35,920 nt of DNA from a virus (lineage: Duplodnaviria > Caudoviricetes): IMG/VR virus record IMGVR_UViG_3300020045_010541, positions 1 through 35,920 of that record. The stretch is one strand, 5' to 3'. Shown here piece after piece: positions 34,272 through 35,920 of the stretch (its first letter is position 1; each line of letters begins with the position of its first letter). The translations under genes and the position numbers were made by a program. The notes below the pieces were generated by a model that saw nothing but the letters and a program-made list of their open reading frames with translations, was not told the origin of the DNA and did not search any database.

Positions 34272-34567
34272 TGGCATCTATTGATAAAGCATACACAGCA
34301 GACTACAAAGAATATCTTGCACTGATTGAATGGTGCAATGGAGTTAAAATTAAGTTCGGGAAGTCAACATTATCAGACAGGATATATGATTGGGCTGAAA
34401 GTGACTTTGATGGAAACGAAAGACCCGTGATTAACACATCGTCAGAGATGGATGAGTATATCATCAATAATTGTCCATTGAAATTTATGCAGGATAGGAT
34501 GAAGGAAGTTTACAGCCCCGATGCCTATTCATTGTTTATTACAAAGGCTCAGGTGGAGGAGAAATGA
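34271..34567 (+). CDS. Hypothetical protein
   Basis: GAGGA RBS, TAATG overlap. Confidence 0.7.
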   Translation: MASIDKAYTADYKEYLALIEWCNGVKIKFGKSTLSDRIYDWAESDFDGNERPVINTSSEMDEYIINNCPLKFMQDRMKEVYSPDAYSLFITKAQVEEK

Positions 34568-34896
34568 AGCCATCTGAAATCAGAAAACAAATAATTGAAG
34601 TTGAAAAAAGAATGCTTGTGTTACGGAGCGAAATTGCTAAACAAGAGGGATTCCAAATCCAAATTACATTATTGAGTGGAATGGCAAGAGCTTTGGGTAG
34701 TATGACTTTTGGCACGCTATCTGCTGATAAATTAAAGATAAAGGAGTTGGAACGCAAAGAGAAAGATAGGGGTATAGATAAAGTTACCCAAGATATGATT
34801 AACGCTTGCAACGGATTAAAGATAGAACTTAAAGCAAAAGAACAAGAACTAATCGGACTTTATGAGCAGTTAGATGATATTATGGAGGAGAAATGA
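34564..34896 (+). CDS. Coiled-coil hypothetical protein
   Basis: GGAGG RBS, ATGA overlap. Confidence 0.65.
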   Translation: MKPSEIRKQIIEVEKRMLVLRSEIAKQEGFQIQITLLSGMARALGSMTFGTLSADKLKIKELERKEKDRGIDKVTQDMINACNGLKIELKAKEQELIGLYEQLDDIMEEK

Positions 34897-35150
34897 CGAT
34901 AGCCGAAATACAGACCACACAGAAAGATAATAATCCAGTATGGATATTGGGGATAGATTACACAATAATAGAGATTGGCGTATGTTATGAGATATCCTTG
35001 CGCTCAGTAAAAACCAACAATCTTATCAAATTGTCGCATTCAGAAGCCACCGCCCTGCTGTCCGCCGAGCCGATGCGGGCTGTAAGCGATAGCGAATTTA
35101 TGGCAATGAGAAATAGGATAGGGGCTCTGGAATTGGAACTTGATGAATGA
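34893..35150 (+). CDS. Hypothetical protein
   Basis: GGAGG RBS, ATGA overlap. Confidence 0.65.
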   Translation: MTIAEIQTTQKDNNPVWILGIDYTIIEIGVCYEISLRSVKTNNLIKLSHSEATALLSAEPMRAVSDSEFMAMRNRIGALELELDE

Positions 35151-35167
35151 AAACCATCGGAGGAGAA

Positions 35168-35860
35168 ATGCTAATCACAAAAGACTGCACAACCTGTGAG
35201 TATGCCTATACTCGCAAAAAGTGTGATGGCTGCTGCGGTGGCTATCGGAATTGGCAGCTTGCAGAGCCGAGCGGTGTGCTGACTACTGCAAAAACAAAAG
35301 GAGGAACGATGCTACCAAGTGATTTAAGTAAAAACGACAAAGTAATGTGTAACTGTACAGAGTGTCATGGGAAAATCCACACCATTGTAAGAGCCAATGA
35401 TGAGGAAGCCTATTCTGTATATTCTGACCACATTGGGGAGTTTTTGATTACGGCAGACAATAGCCTATCAAGAATCCCAATAACGGCACAGAACTTTCCT
35501 GCTGACGGCGTGGTGTGGTGTGAGGAACACAAAGCCTGTGAGATATTCCACACAAGATTTTATTGTGGTCACTATCTCCCGCTCATCAAAGAGCGTCAGG
35601 GGTTTGACAAGGAGACCAAGCCAAAGCATAACTGTGATAATTGCGGATATGCAGATGGGGAATTTTGCCAATATGCAATACAAAATGATGGCACTTGCAA
35701 TGAATATGACCAGTGGAAACCAATAGCAGCCAAGCCCGGCAACCGTAACTCCGATGGCGACATTATCGGTGTTGACAACGGCAAGGTCAATCCCGTAGGA
35801 AACCAGTATAAAAAAGGTGACAAAGTTACAATGTTACAGAATACAGACAATAGAGATTAG
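35168..35860 (+). CDS. Modular Cys-rich protein, probably continuing across the junction into 113-610
   Basis: GGAGGAG RBS before ATG 35168 (ORF track starts at 35147), second in-frame RBS/ATG at 35309, and its TAG lies inside the imperfect terminal repeat. Confidence 0.6.
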   Translation: MLITKDCTTCEYAYTRKKCDGCCGGYRNWQLAEPSGVLTTAKTKGGTMLPSDLSKNDKVMCNCTECHGKIHTIVRANDEEAYSVYSDHIGEFLITADNSLSRIPITAQNFPADGVVWCEEHKACEIFHTRFYCGHYLPLIKERQGFDKETKPKHNCDNCGYADGEFCQYAIQNDGTCNEYDQWKPIAAKPGNRNSDGDIIGVDNGKVNPVGNQYKKGDKVTMLQNTDNRD

Positions 35861-35920
35861 TCACAGTCTTTTGCTCATCCATATTATCGAGTAGTAGAAG
35901 TTGCGCAAGATTTAATCCTT
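35851..35920 (+). repeat. Terminal direct repeat, copy 2 (imperfect)
   Basis: 60 of 70 positions are identical to 1-70. Confidence 0.9.

Larger units (their letters stand above)
1..35920. mobile_element. Tailed bacteriophage genome (siphovirus-like), apparently complete and circular
   Basis: Complete packaging, head, tail, lysis, replication and recombination modules are present, no host housekeeping genes are visible, and the ends share a 70-nt repeat across which one reading frame continues. Confidence 0.93.

Noticed and set aside
35851-35920. Terminal repeat pair as DGR template/variable repeats
   Set aside because: Mismatches are not adenine-specific on either strand and no reverse transcriptase is present, despite the BPP-1-like capsid.

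Overview
This window looks like a complete, circularly closed ~35.9 kb tailed-phage (siphovirus-type) genome. Bases 1-70 and 35851-35920 are an imperfect direct repeat. Two arms diverge from a control region at ~24.3-24.5 kb and converge at a terminator at ~2.65 kb. The minus-strand arm (24291 to 2674) carries small leader ORFs, a ~480-nt highly base-paired non-coding region, a single ORF that appears to fuse small and large terminase, an SPP1-like portal, a gp7/F-like minor head protein, scaffold, BPP-1-like (Bbp17/Bbp16) capsid and cement proteins, neck, tail tube, a frameshifted tail chaperone, tape measure, tail-tip/fibre proteins, holin-like proteins, an M15 endolysin and a large beta-helix protein. 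The plus-strand arm (24530 to the end, continuing through 1-2618) carries a Cro-like HTH protein, replication initiator, DnaB helicase, N4/N6 DNA methyltransferase, GNAT acetyltransferase, excisionase-like HTH protein, DUF669-like SSB, Gp157-like protein, ERF recombinase, Lar-like and Tad2-like proteins, a PD-(D/E)XK nuclease and many small Cys-rich proteins. I recognised no integrase, CI repressor, tRNA, reverse transcriptase or CRISPR array. The most notable observations are the multi-domain structured RNA candidate upstream of the packaging genes, the TerS-TerL fusion and a domain shared between two otherwise unrelated virion proteins. All product calls come from motif recognition by eye, with no database searches.
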